A stretch of DNA of 64,000 nucleotides, taken from positions 992,001 through 1,056,000 of the forward strand of contig CAVSIV010000006.1 of assembly GCA_963728205.1 (NCBI GenBank). Direction: 5' to 3'. The position numbers and the translations under genes are program-made. A model generated the notes under the pieces. It had not been told where the DNA came from and did not search any database. It saw only the letters and a list, made by a program, of their open reading frames with translations. Below, one piece after another: positions 40,135 to 53,526 of the stretch (its first letter is position 1; every line of letters begins with the position of its first letter). Origin of the DNA: an uncultured Chloroflexia bacterium (lineage in GTDB: Bacteria > Chloroflexota > Dehalococcoidia > UBA2979).

Positions 40135-40779
40135 TCAGCTCTCGAGCCAGAGCACGTCGCCGTGCAACTCGGCGTCGTGGGGCTTGCCGGCGAACACCGC
40201 GTATTCGCGCTGAGACGCGCCAATCGTCGTGCCGGGTCCATGCCCGGGCAGCACGACCGTCGCCGCATCGAGCGTGTACAGCCGCTCGGTGATGGAGACG
40301 ATCTCCTGGTGGAGCGCCTCCGGCGTCCGGCTGTGTCCCGGGCCGCCCGGGAAGAGCGTGTCGCCTGTCAGGACCGCGCTCCCGACGTGCAGGCAGATGG
40401 AACCGGGCGTGTGCCCCGGCGTGTGAATCACCCGCATGCGGGCGTCTCCGACGTGGAGCGTCGCATCGTCCGCGAGCCGCTCCACGGGACGCGATGCCTC
40501 GATGTTCGTCTCGGCAGCGCCGACGCACACGGGCGCGTCGAGGCTCGCTCGCATCACGTCGTAGCCGCCCCAGTGATCGAAGTGCGAGTGCGTGATGACG
40601 ATGCGCTCGACCGGCGTCTCGCCGAGCGCTTCGAGCACCGCTTCGAACCCTTCCGGGACGTCCACGATCGTCACCGCACCCCCACCGGCGGGACGGAGGA
40701 TGTACGCGTTGTTCGCGAGGCGCCCGAGGGCCGGCAGCTCCTCGATCACCAGCCGGTCGTCAGCGTAGACCTCGGGCAT
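40135..40779 (-). CDS. MBL-fold metallo-hydrolase (glyoxalase II-like)
   Basis: THSHFDH, HTPGHTPG, TGDTLFPGGPG, PGHG. Confidence 0.92.
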   Translation of the reverse strand: MPEVYADDRLVIEELPALGRLANNAYILRPAGGGAVTIVDVPEGFEAVLEALGETPVERIVITHSHFDHWGGYDVMRASLDAPVCVGAAETNIEASRPVERLADDATLHVGDARMRVIHTPGHTPGSICLHVGSAVLTGDTLFPGGPGHSRTPEALHQEIVSITERLYTLDAATVVLPGHGPGTTIGASQREYAVFAGKPHDAELHGDVLWLES

Positions 40780-40838
40780 CGGTGCGTCTCCCTCACCATT
40801 ACGAGGCGAGCCTAGCAAATCCACCGGTGACGGCCGCG

Positions 40839-41834
40839 TCAGACGCCGGCACCATCGGTCACGTCCACCGGTGCCGTCCCCAGCCCGCAGCGGCCATCGT
40901 CGGTCCAGGCGAGCCCATCGGCGACCAGGCCCGCGAGCAGTCGGCGCGCGCGCAGGCGATCGTCGCCGAACGCGCCCAGCGCCCGCCAGAGCACGTCGAG
41001 CGGCACGCCGCGCCCGTCTGGGTGTGTCCGGCCTCGCGCCGTCACGTGCGGCGCGGCGTCGCGAAGGAGTTGCAGGATGCGACCACGCCATTGCCGGTCG
41101 GAACCCGCGAACACGCCCTGCGCGCGCACCGGCTCGGCCCGCTCGCCGGCGTCGAAGCGCGGCCGGGCGGCGCAGAGCGAGGCGACAACACACATGTCGC
41201 AGCGTGGCCGCGGCGTGCAGACACGCGCGCCGTAGTCCATCAACGCCGGGTTCCAGCGCGCCGCCGTGCCGGGCCGGAGGAGGCGAGCGCCCGCCTGCTC
41301 AACCGCCCGGGCCGGCGTGTCGCGCGCCGGCTGCAGATCGCCGAAGACCACGCGCCCGATCACCCGCACCACGTTCGTGTCGATCGCCACGGCGTCGTCG
41401 TCGAAGCCGAAGCAGCGGACGATCGCTGCCGTGAACGGTCCCACGCCGGGCAGCGCCAGCAGCGCGTCGGGGTCGCGGGGGACGACGCCCGCGTGCTCCG
41501 TCAGGCAGCGCCGCGCCGCCTCGTGCAGGGAGACGGCGCGGCGCGGGTAGCCGGCGCGCCCCCAGACGCGAAGCACGTCCGCGCGCTCCGCGGCGGCACA
41601 GGCATCGAGCGTCGGAAAGGCTGCCATCCAGCGCGCATACACGTCGAGGACGCGCGGCATCTGCGTCTGCTGCGCGCAAACCGCCGCGACCAGCGCCGCA
41701 TATGGGTCGGCCGCAGTACGCCAGGGGAACTCCTGGCGATGCTGGTCGTACCAGTCGAGCAACCGAGAGCGGATCAAACCGAGTCGACGGCCGGTCGGCA
41801 GCCGGCCGGCGATATCCGGCGGTGGTGCGGACAT
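40839..41834 (-). CDS. mutY: A/G-specific adenine glycosylase MutY
   Basis: FPWR..DPY, QQTQ, LPGVGPFTA, DTNVVRV, MDYGARVC..PRC..C..C. Confidence 0.9.
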   Translation of the reverse strand: MSAPPPDIAGRLPTGRRLGLIRSRLLDWYDQHRQEFPWRTAADPYAALVAAVCAQQTQMPRVLDVYARWMAAFPTLDACAAAERADVLRVWGRAGYPRRAVSLHEAARRCLTEHAGVVPRDPDALLALPGVGPFTAAIVRCFGFDDDAVAIDTNVVRVIGRVVFGDLQPARDTPARAVEQAGARLLRPGTAARWNPALMDYGARVCTPRPRCDMCVVASLCAARPRFDAGERAEPVRAQGVFAGSDRQWRGRILQLLRDAAPHVTARGRTHPDGRGVPLDVLWRALGAFGDDRLRARRLLAGLVADGLAWTDDGRCGLGTAPVDVTDGAGV

Positions 41835-41860
41835 GTCCGAGAGCCTAGCCCCACACGGCG

Positions 41861-42667
41861 CTACGCGATGGGCAGCTCGCTTGTGCGGTTCCAATCGGCC
41901 CAGTGCGCCGGCGCCCCGTCGTCGGGCTCATAACCGAGCAGCGAACGCGCACGGTCGAGGGCGAAGATCTTGAAGTGGTTGTCCGACGTCGCATTCACGA
42001 TCGCGAAGCCGACTGCGTCGGGCGCGTCCAGGGCGCGCCCGACGAGCTGCGCGCAGTCGCGCTGGCTGAGCCAGAGCGAGAGGCCGAATGCCCCGTATCC
42101 ATGCTCACGAGGATCATCCCGCCGCATCACCCACCCGATCCGCAGGTGAATCGAGCTCACCCCGTATCGGTCGTGATACAGGCGGCCGAGGTGCTCGCCG
42201 AACGCCTTCGAAAGCCCGTACAGGCTGTCCGGACGAACGGGCATCTCCTCGGTCAGCAGCGGGTAGCCGACGGGGAGTGATCGCGCACTGCCGGCGATGA
42301 CCTGCCGCCACGGGTCCTCGAAGTAGTGCGCACCCATCACGTGGTTCGAGCTCGCGAACACCACGCGGGGTACCCCGGCACGTCGAGCCGCCTCGAACAC
42401 GTTGTGTGTACCCGTCAGGTTCCCGGCGCGCACCGATTCCCAGGGTGCACGCGGCGACGGGTCGGCCGCGAGGTGAACGACCGCGTCGACGCCGTCAAAC
42501 GCCGGCAGGATCGCGTCGAGATCTGCGATGTCGGCAACGGTGGACGGAATCCCGACTGCGGGTCGGCGGTCCAGCGAGCGAAGGTCGAAGCGACCACCGA
42601 GTCGCTCCGCAAGCACGGACCCAATCAGCCCGGCACCGCCCGTGATCAGCACTCGCACTACCGACAC
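41861..42667 (-). CDS. NAD-dependent epimerase/dehydratase (uronate dehydrogenase-like)
   Basis: ITGGAGLIG, VFASSNH, PDSLYGLSK, LRIG, WLSQRD. Confidence 0.88.
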   Translation of the reverse strand: MSVVRVLITGGAGLIGSVLAERLGGRFDLRSLDRRPAVGIPSTVADIADLDAILPAFDGVDAVVHLAADPSPRAPWESVRAGNLTGTHNVFEAARRAGVPRVVFASSNHVMGAHYFEDPWRQVIAGSARSLPVGYPLLTEEMPVRPDSLYGLSKAFGEHLGRLYHDRYGVSSIHLRIGWVMRRDDPREHGYGAFGLSLWLSQRDCAQLVGRALDAPDAVGFAIVNATSDNHFKIFALDRARSLLGYEPDDGAPAHWADWNRTSELPIA

Positions 42668-42759
42668 GCTCGTCCTCGACTCCAGGTGCGCGGCGCCGTC
42701 GCGACGGTCCACCCGCGCTCGCCCGCTATCATCCCCTCGCGCGAGAGGACGCCGCCACC

Positions 42760-43821
42760 ATGCCGAGGATGCGCACCACCCTTCGCCGGGCGACGCGACG
42801 CTGGACGCGCCCCGTCCGCCGCGCGCTCCGTCGGCGCGGCCTGCTGCCCCGCCGTCCCGCGCGGGAGGCGTCGCGCGAGGAGCACGTCGAGTCGCGTGCG
42901 AACCGCATCGACGATCACCTGCTGCAGCATGTCGTCGTGGTCCGCATGTTCTCGCGCACGTTCCCGACGTCGAACGTGTGGGTGTTGCACGACGGCAACG
43001 ACGCCGCGCTCATCGACGCGGGGTACGGCGACGACCAGTCGATCGACGAGCGCACGCGGTTCTTCCAGCAGGAGATGCCGCAGCTGCGCGTGCAGAACAT
43101 CCTGATCACGCACCACCACTTCGACCACTCGTCGGGCGGGCGGCGGCTCCGCGACCTCCTGCACGCCGAAACGGCCATCAATCCCATCGACGAGGCGATC
43201 CTGCACACGCCCACCGAGTCGAACGAGGACCTCCCGGACGAGAAGGAGATCGCGGAGCGCGCGCGCCTCTGGCGCGACGAGGCGCTGCACACGCCGATCG
43301 ACCGCACGCTCGCCGACGGCGAGACCGTTACGGTCGGCGGCCTCACCGTGCGCGCCGTGCACACGCCCGGCCACACCGCCGGCCACAACTGCTACTGGGT
43401 CGAGCCGCTCGGCGTGCTCTTCACCGGCGACAACGTGCTCGGCGTCGGCACCAGCGCGATCGGCCCACCGCCGGCCGGCGACATGCAGGCGTACCTCGAC
43501 AGCCTCGTGCGGATGCGCGAACTCCAAGCGAAGCTCTTCGCGCCGGGCCACGGCCCGCTCGTGCGCGAGACCGACGCGAAGATCAAGGAATTGCTCGACC
43601 ACCGCGCGGTGCGCGACCGCCAGATCCTGGACCTCATCGATCACGGCTACGAGTACGACCGGCAGCTCCGTCGCGCGCTCTACCCGGAGATCCAGAAGGG
43701 CCTCCGGCGCGCGGCCCGCGGGCAGATCCGCGCGCACCTCGCCCGGCTCGTCGGCCAGGGCGTCGTCACCCTCGAGGAAATCGACGGCGGCAAGACGTGG
43801 AAGGTCGCGCTCACGAAGTGA
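42760..43821 (+). CDS. MBL-fold metallo-hydrolase with C-terminal winged helix (LACTB2-like); true start probably downstream
   Basis: THHHFDH, HTPGHTAGH, FTGDNVLG, PGHGP. Confidence 0.88.
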   Translation: MPRMRTTLRRATRRWTRPVRRALRRRGLLPRRPAREASREEHVESRANRIDDHLLQHVVVVRMFSRTFPTSNVWVLHDGNDAALIDAGYGDDQSIDERTRFFQQEMPQLRVQNILITHHHFDHSSGGRRLRDLLHAETAINPIDEAILHTPTESNEDLPDEKEIAERARLWRDEALHTPIDRTLADGETVTVGGLTVRAVHTPGHTAGHNCYWVEPLGVLFTGDNVLGVGTSAIGPPPAGDMQAYLDSLVRMRELQAKLFAPGHGPLVRETDAKIKELLDHRAVRDRQILDLIDHGYEYDRQLRRALYPEIQKGLRRAARGQIRAHLARLVGQGVVTLEEIDGGKTWKVALTK

Positions 43822-43902
43822 GCCGTCGCGCGCGGCCGGCCGCGCGCTCACCTGCTGAGCCCGCGTCTCAGCTACCGCCGAACCGGCTGCTAGCCTGAGC
43901 AG

Positions 43903-44850
43903 GTGACCCACTCGCACTCCGGCGAGACGCATGCGGAGACGACGGATCGCCGGCGCCTGCTGACCGCGCTCGTGCTCAGCGTCGTGACCGTCGGCGTCGA
44001 GTTGTGGGGCGGCCTCGCGACCGGTTCGCTCGCGCTGCTGGCCGACGCCGGGCACGTGTTCGCCGACGTCGGCGCGCTCGTCCTCGCGCTCTTCGCCGTG
44101 TGGCTCGCGTCGCGGCCGCACACCGCGCAGGAGACGTTCGGCTACCACCGCGCCGAGGTGCTCGCCGCGACGGCGAACGCGCTCGTGCTGCTGCTGATCT
44201 CGGTCGGCATCGGCTGGGAGGCCGTGCGGCGACTGCAGTCGCAGCCGGAGGTGCAGGGCCTCGGCCTGCTGGTCGTCGCGACGTTCGGCCTCGTCGCGAA
44301 CACGGCGCAGGTGCTGGTGCTGCAGCACGCGGAGTCGGTGAACACGCGTGCCGCGCGGCTGCACGTGCTGTCCGACGCCGGCGGCTCGCTGGTCGCCGTG
44401 GCGGCCGGGATCGGCGTGCAGCTGACCGGGCGGCAGGTGCTCGACCCGGCGCTGTCGCTCGTGATCGTCGTGCTGGTCGTCGTCAGTGCGGTGCGCATGC
44501 TGCGCGAGACCCTCGGCATCCTCATGGAGCACACGCCGCGCGGGCTCGACGCGCGCGTGCTCACCGCGGCGCTGCTCGACGACCCCGACGTCCTGGCCGT
44601 GCACGAGCTGCACCTCTGGACGATCACCAGCGGCTTCGACGCGCTGACCGCGCACATCGAGCTGCCCCCCGGCACGGACGCGGTCGCCATCGCGCAGCGC
44701 TGCGCGACACGCCTGCGTGCGGAGTTCGGCATCGAGCACGCGACGATCCAGCCGGAGTTCGCGCCGCTGCTCGACCTCGGTGAGCCGGGTGCGCCGCCCG
44801 CGGACCGGCCGCGCAATCCTCGCGCGCACCACCGCACCACGGGGACATAG
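43903..44850 (+). CDS. Cation diffusion facilitator (CzcD-like) transporter
   Basis: SLALLADAGH, TFGYHRAE, LHVLSD, HELHLW, HATIQPE. Confidence 0.93.
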   Translation: MTHSHSGETHAETTDRRRLLTALVLSVVTVGVELWGGLATGSLALLADAGHVFADVGALVLALFAVWLASRPHTAQETFGYHRAEVLAATANALVLLLISVGIGWEAVRRLQSQPEVQGLGLLVVATFGLVANTAQVLVLQHAESVNTRAARLHVLSDAGGSLVAVAAGIGVQLTGRQVLDPALSLVIVVLVVVSAVRMLRETLGILMEHTPRGLDARVLTAALLDDPDVLAVHELHLWTITSGFDALTAHIELPPGTDAVAIAQRCATRLRAEFGIEHATIQPEFAPLLDLGEPGAPPADRPRNPRAHHRTTGT

Positions 44851-44926
44851 CGTCGAGCCGCGGCACCGGCTCTGCTAGCATCCGCCCGCTCGCGCCGCCG
44901 CCGCGACGCAGGCGGGAGTCGCCACG

Positions 44927-45784
44927 ATGCCGGCACGCCCCTCGATTCGACCGCTGCTCGCGCGCGGCGCGCCGCCCGTCACGGTGCCGGTCTGCCTCGA
45001 CCCGCTCGGCGCGCGGCTCGCGGAGCGGCTCGGCTTCGCGGCCGCCTACCTCAGCGGCGGCGCGCTCGGCTTCTCGCTCGCCATCTCCGAGGCGCTGTTG
45101 ACGCTGACCGAGATCGCGGACGCGGCGCGGCACATCGCGCAGCGCACCGCGCTGCCGCTGATCGTCGACGGCGGTGTGGGGTTCGGCGACGCGGTGCACG
45201 CCGCGCGGGCCGTGCGCGAGATCGAGGCGACCGGCGCGGCGGCGGTCGAGATCGAAGACCAGGTCGCGCCGAAGCGCGCACACCACCACCGGGGCGTCGA
45301 GCACCTCGTGCCCGTCGACGTCATGGTCGGGAAGATCGCGGAGGCCGTCGCCGCGCGTCGCGACGCGGAGTTCGCGATCATCGCCCGCACCGGCGGCGTG
45401 CGAAACGAGGGCATGGACGCGGCGATCGCGCGCGCCCGTGCCTACCGCGCGGCCGGCGCCGACGCGATCCTGCTGAGCCCGCGCGACGAGGCCGAGATGG
45501 CACGCGCCGGCCGTGAGATCGACGCGCCGCTCGTCGCGATGACGCTCGCCGGCCGCTGGCCTGCGGACCGCCTGCGCGAATGGGGCTTCACGCTGGTGAT
45601 CGACCCGTTCAGCGGCCAGGTCGTGATGTACCGCGCGCTCCGCGACATGCTGCGGTCGGTCGCCGCGACCGGCGCTCCGACCGACCGCGGCGAGGACCTG
45701 ATGGCGCTCTACCGCGACCTGCAGGACGTCGCCGGCATGGACGATCTCTACGCGATCGAGCAGCGCACGACCGAGCCCGCATAG
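44927..45784 (+). CDS. Isocitrate lyase/PEP mutase family protein
   Basis: GFAAAYLSG, PLIVDGGVGFG, IEDQVAPKR, IIART, RARAYRAAGAD. Confidence 0.88.
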   Translation: MPARPSIRPLLARGAPPVTVPVCLDPLGARLAERLGFAAAYLSGGALGFSLAISEALLTLTEIADAARHIAQRTALPLIVDGGVGFGDAVHAARAVREIEATGAAAVEIEDQVAPKRAHHHRGVEHLVPVDVMVGKIAEAVAARRDAEFAIIARTGGVRNEGMDAAIARARAYRAAGADAILLSPRDEAEMARAGREIDAPLVAMTLAGRWPADRLREWGFTLVIDPFSGQVVMYRALRDMLRSVAATGAPTDRGEDLMALYRDLQDVAGMDDLYAIEQRTTEPA

Positions 45785-45834
45785 TCCTCCCACCGCGTGC
45801 GCCGACGACGCGCCGGTTGCTATGATCCGCGGAC

Positions 45835-46185
45835 AGGCTGTGACGGAGCCCAGTACCCCGGCGGTCCCGCCCACGCGGCGGCGAACCGCTCAGCGAGTCC
45901 GGGACGGTGCGAGCCGGACGCGTGCCACGCCGGGTGAAGATCCCTCCCGAGCCGCCGACCGAACGCACGCACCCCGGGTGCGCGCCCAGTAGGCTCGGCC
46001 GGAGCGCCCACCGTTACCAGGGGCAGCGTCATCGGCGAGCGCTCGCGACCCGCGAGCGACGCGGCCCGTGACGCGGCGAGCGGCCACGCCTCGCGAGGGG
46101 CGCGGCAACGCGGGTGGTACCGCGGGTCTCGACGTCGCACCACGACGCCGTCGCCCGTCCCGCACCAGAGCGGGACGGGCGTTTT
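45835..46185 (+). ncRNA. T-box riboswitch (Ile) leader of ileS
   Basis: Extended -10 TGcTATGAT (45818..45826); stem I motifs, specifier GAAG-AUC (45940..45942), AGUA box, T-box GGTGGTACCGCG (46113..46124), terminator 46152..46185. Confidence 0.92.
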
Positions 46186-46239
46186 CGTGCCCGGCGCAGC
46201 CGCGCCGGAGACGCGCCCGTCGATTGGTGGAGGCGGAGC

Positions 46240-49539
<3,300 letters not shown>

Positions 49540-49588
49540 GCGGGCTGAGCAACCCGCGCGACCGTGCGCTCGCGGGCCGGCCGCCCCG

Positions 49589-50167
49589 ATGACGGACGAC
49601 GTCCTTCCCACCGACCTCCTGATCCGCACCCCGCGCCTCGAGCTGCGCTCGATGACGCCGGACTTCCACGCCGCCGTGATCGACGCCGACCGGCGTCGCG
49701 CCGAGCAGGTGCTCGGCGGCGCGATCCCCCCGGAGTGGATCGCCGACCCCGTGACGCTACGCCGCGCGCGCTACTGGCTCGGCCTGCTGCGCGCCGACCC
49801 TGCGCGCGAGCCCTGGCTCGCCCGCGCGATCGTTCGCCGCGACGACGACCGCTTCGCCGGCCACATCGGCTTCCACGACCGGCCGGGCGCCGCCTACCTC
49901 GAGGAGTACTGCCCCGGCGCGAACGCCGTCGAGATCGGCTACACGGTCCTCGAGCCCTACCGTCGCCTCGGCTATGCAACCGAGGCGGCCGGCGCGCTGA
50001 TGGACTGGGCCCGCGAAGGCCACGGCATCACGCGCTTCGTGGCGTCGGTGAGCCCGGAGAACGCCGCGTCGCTCGGCGTGATCGCGAAGTTCGGCTTCAC
50101 GCGGATCGGCGAGCACATGGACGACGAGGACGGTCTCGAGCACGTCTTCGAGCGGCGCGTCTCCTAG
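49589..50167 (+). CDS. GNAT family N-acetyltransferase (RimJ/RimL-like)
   Basis: TPRLELR, EIGY..YRRLGYATEA, NAASLGVIAKFGF. Confidence 0.9.
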   Translation: MTDDVLPTDLLIRTPRLELRSMTPDFHAAVIDADRRRAEQVLGGAIPPEWIADPVTLRRARYWLGLLRADPAREPWLARAIVRRDDDRFAGHIGFHDRPGAAYLEEYCPGANAVEIGYTVLEPYRRLGYATEAAGALMDWAREGHGITRFVASVSPENAASLGVIAKFGFTRIGEHMDDEDGLEHVFERRVS

Positions 50168-50220
50168 CGCGTAACGGCGCGATCGCCGCCGGACGAGCGG
50201 CCGCCAACTGGGCGGCGCGC

Positions 50221-51348
50221 CTAGCGCCCGCGCGACGGCGTCCGCGCGCCCGGGTCGGCGCGGCGGGGGTCGCGCTCCGGGCGCCCGTCGTGCCCGTCCA
50301 GGTGGTGCGGCGGCACCGCCTCGTCGTCGCCGGCGAGCACGAGCCCGCGCAGGAACGTGCGCACGGCGTGCCGCCAGTCGCCCTCGCCCTCCGAGCTGCC
50401 GTGTCGCGGCTCCTCGTGCACCACATGCGGCGTCTCGGCCGCGACCTCCGCGCCGAACAGCACGATGTTCGCGGTGAGGTACACCCAGAACAGCAGCACG
50501 ATCACGCTCGCGATCGGGCCGTAGATCACGTCGTACGACGCGAAGTTCGCGAGGTAGAACGCGAACCCCACCTTCAGGCCTTCGAAGCCCGTCGCCGCCA
50601 GCAGCGCGCCGCCCCAGATGTAGCGGAAGCGCACCGGCCGGTTGGGGATCATCCAGTACAGCAGCGCGAAGGCGACGAACGAGAGACCGAGGGGGATCAG
50701 GAACACGCCCAGCTCCCAGAGCCACAGCAGCTGCGCCTGCACGAACGGGAGCCGCGCGACCTGCTGGCGCGCAATGCGCCACGCGGCCGTGAGGACGATG
50801 CCGCCGAGGAACGGCAGCCCGATCACCGGGATGACCGCGTAGTCGAGGAGCTTGCCGCGCACGAGCGGGCGGCTGCGCGGCGCCTGGAAGATCACGTTGA
50901 GCGCGGAGCGGATGGCGGCCGACAGCGCGCCCGCGGTCCACAGCGCGCCGAGCACCGACACGATCGACAGCGTCGGCCCGAGCGACGCTGCGCTCTTCAG
51001 CGCCTGCTGGATCGAGCCCTGGTTGCCCGGGTCGATCGGCAGCTGCGTGAGGATCTCGTCGAGCACCCTGTCCTGCACGCTCGGCGAGCGCAGCACGATG
51101 CCGAAGATCGAGACCGCGAGCAGCGTGAGCGGGAAGAGCGAGAACAGCCCGTAGTAGGAGATGGAGGCGGCCATCTGCGTGCCGCGGTCCTCGACGAAGT
51201 TCGCCACCGCGCGCCCGAGGATGCGCAGCGTCAGGCGGTACCAGCGTGGCCGCGGGTGCCGGCCGCCGGCGCTGCCGGCGTGGGCTGGAGCCTGTCCGCT
51301 CACCGGCCGATCCTCGGTGCGCTCGCCGCGTCTCGATCGTCGGGCCAT
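50221..51348 (-). CDS. YihY/BrkB family membrane protein
   Basis: AASISYYGLFSLFP, ALNVIF, IYGPIASVIVLLFWVY..LFGAE. Confidence 0.9.
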   Translation of the reverse strand: MARRSRRGERTEDRPVSGQAPAHAGSAGGRHPRPRWYRLTLRILGRAVANFVEDRGTQMAASISYYGLFSLFPLTLLAVSIFGIVLRSPSVQDRVLDEILTQLPIDPGNQGSIQQALKSAASLGPTLSIVSVLGALWTAGALSAAIRSALNVIFQAPRSRPLVRGKLLDYAVIPVIGLPFLGGIVLTAAWRIARQQVARLPFVQAQLLWLWELGVFLIPLGLSFVAFALLYWMIPNRPVRFRYIWGGALLAATGFEGLKVGFAFYLANFASYDVIYGPIASVIVLLFWVYLTANIVLFGAEVAAETPHVVHEEPRHGSSEGEGDWRHAVRTFLRGLVLAGDDEAVPPHHLDGHDGRPERDPRRADPGARTPSRGR

Positions 51349-51465
51349 GTTCAGCGATGCTAGGCGTCGCGCCGTTACAGGGTAGCGGAGCCGCGCGGAC
51401 GCGGACGTTCGCGCGCACGCCGCACCGCCCCGCAACGTCGCGACGCCAGCGGCCGAGAAGGACCC

Positions 51466-52629
51466 ATGACCGGCGAACGGCTCCGCCCGCAGCACCTCGA
51501 GCACCGGCGCGTCGTCGTCAAGGTCGGCTCGAACGTGCTCACCGCCGGCACCGACCGGCTCGACCCGCGCGCGATGGCGAGCATCGCCGAGCAGATCGCG
51601 GAGCTGCGCCGCCTCGGCGGGCAGGCCGTACTCGTGAGCTCGGGCGCGGTCGCCGCCGGGCGGCATCGGGTGAGCACCGCCGCGGCCGACGGCGCGGCGC
51701 GCGCGCGCGACCTGCACATGCGGCAGGTGCTCGCCGCGATCGGCCAGAGCCGCCTCATGGCGCTGTGGGACGAGCTGTTCGACCAGCACACCATCGTGAT
51801 CGCGCAGGCCCTGCTGACGCGCGCCGACCTCGCGAACCGCCTCGCCTACCTCAACGCGCGCAACACGCTGATGGAGCTGCTCGAGCTCGGCGTCGTCCCG
51901 ATCATCAACGAGAACGACGTCGTCTCGGTCGAGGAGATCGCCGCGACGATCGGAGACAACGACAACCTCTCGGCGCAGGTCGCGAACCTGATCGACGCCG
52001 ACCTGCTGCTGATCCTCACCGACATCGCCGGCCTCTACACCGCCGACCCCGCGCACGACCGCGACGCGAAGCTGATCGAGCGCGTGGAACGCATCGACGC
52101 GGAGATCGAGCAGGCGGCCGCCGGCGGGCCGGGCGCGCGCGGCACCGGCGGCATGGTGACGAAGGTTCAGGCCGCGCGCATCGCCACGCAGTCGGGCACG
52201 CACGTGGTGCTGGCGCACGGCGCCGCCGACGACGTCGTGCTGCGCGCCGCCGCCGGCGAGCCGGCGGTCGGCACGCACTTCCTCCCGACGGGCGACCGCA
52301 TGGAGAGCCGCCTGCGCTACCTGCTCTCCGGCCTGCAGACGCGCGGCCGCATCGAGATCGACGCCGGCGCGGCGCGCGCGCTGCTGCGCGGGGCGAACTC
52401 GCTGCTGCCGGCGGGCGTCGTCGCGCGCAGCGGCGAGTTCAAGCGCGGCGACGTCGTGCAGATCGTGACCGGCGACGGCGTTGCAGTGGCGCGCGGCATC
52501 GCGAACTACTCGTCGGACGAGGTGGACCGCATCCGCGGCCAGCACTCCGACCAGATCGCGGGCGTGCTCGGCTACGAGTACGGTGAGGAAGTCGTGCACC
52601 GCAACAACATGGTCCTGGTCGACCGATGA
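51466..52629 (+). CDS. proB: Glutamate 5-kinase
   Basis: VVKVGSNVL, VSSGAVAAG, PIINEND, GDNDNLSA, GTGGMVTK, C-terminal PUA domain. Confidence 0.97.
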   Translation: MTGERLRPQHLEHRRVVVKVGSNVLTAGTDRLDPRAMASIAEQIAELRRLGGQAVLVSSGAVAAGRHRVSTAAADGAARARDLHMRQVLAAIGQSRLMALWDELFDQHTIVIAQALLTRADLANRLAYLNARNTLMELLELGVVPIINENDVVSVEEIAATIGDNDNLSAQVANLIDADLLLILTDIAGLYTADPAHDRDAKLIERVERIDAEIEQAAAGGPGARGTGGMVTKVQAARIATQSGTHVVLAHGAADDVVLRAAAGEPAVGTHFLPTGDRMESRLRYLLSGLQTRGRIEIDAGAARALLRGANSLLPAGVVARSGEFKRGDVVQIVTGDGVAVARGIANYSSDEVDRIRGQHSDQIAGVLGYEYGEEVVHRNNMVLVDR

Positions 52630-53504
52630 GCTCCGAGCCGCCACTGCCCGTCGCGGAGCACCTGCTGCGGCCGTCGGCTCCCGAGACGCTCGCGGCATGG
52701 CGCGCGCTGGTGCTCGCGAACCGCGAGCAGATCGAGCGCCTGCGCGAGGACGAGCCGCGCACCGACTTCTACGCGCGGCGTGCGCCGCTCTTCCGCCCCG
52801 GCCGCATGGAGTCCGCCGAGCTCGAGGTGCTGCTCGCGGCCGGCGACGCGTCGAGCACGTGGCTCGACGTGGGCGCCGGCGGCGGCCGCTTCGCGATCCC
52901 GCTCGCCGAGCGCTTCGCGCACGTGATCGCCGTCGAGCCGTCGCCGGCGATGCGCGAGGCGCTGCGCTCCGGCGCCGCCGAGCACGGCCTGGCGAACATC
53001 GACGTGCACGACCTGCGCTGGCCGCCGCCGGCCGGCGCGCCGGACGTCACCGCCGATTTCGGCCTCGTCGCGCACGTGCTCTACGACATCGACGACATCG
53101 GCGCGTTCCTCGACGCGCTCGAGGCGCGCGTCCGCCGGCGCTGTCACGTCGTGCTCGGCAACCGCGCGCCGAGCACCGCCTTCGAGCCGGCGTGGACGGA
53201 GCTGTGGGGCGAGCCGCTGCGCCGCCTCCCGGCGCTGCCCGAGTTCCTGCGCGTCCTCGGCGCGCTCGGCCGGCGGTTCGACGTGCGGACGTTCCCGTCG
53301 CACCGCGACACCGAGCCGCTCTCGCTCGACGACGCGCACGCCGCCGCGCGGCGGCTCTACTGGGTGGCGGAGGGCTCGGAGCGCGACGCTCGGCTGCGCG
53401 ACCTGATCGCGCGCCAGTTCGGGGACGGCGCCGGCGGCGCGATCCGCCTGCCGCAGCGCATCAACTACACCGCCGTCGTCGCGTGGGAGCCGCCGGCGGC
53501 GTGA
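52626..53504 (+). CDS. Class I SAM-dependent methyltransferase
   Basis: WLDVGAGGGRF, AVEPSPAM, AHVLY. Confidence 0.88.
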   Translation: MSSEPPLPVAEHLLRPSAPETLAAWRALVLANREQIERLREDEPRTDFYARRAPLFRPGRMESAELEVLLAAGDASSTWLDVGAGGGRFAIPLAERFAHVIAVEPSPAMREALRSGAAEHGLANIDVHDLRWPPPAGAPDVTADFGLVAHVLYDIDDIGAFLDALEARVRRRCHVVLGNRAPSTAFEPAWTELWGEPLRRLPALPEFLRVLGALGRRFDVRTFPSHRDTEPLSLDDAHAAARRLYWVAEGSERDARLRDLIARQFGDGAGGAIRLPQRINYTAVVAWEPPAA

Positions 53505-53526
53505 CCCGCCGCCGGGCACGCGCGGC

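Noticed and set aside
40800-42700. Slightly less GC-biased codons in mutY/epimerase (also within pfkB) as a possible horizontally acquired island
   Set aside because: The shift is modest and unquantified, with no mobility genes or boundary repeats.
46114-46239. N-terminal extension of IleS in the ORF track
   Set aside because: It lies within the T-box antiterminator/terminator; the RBS-supported ATG is at 46240.
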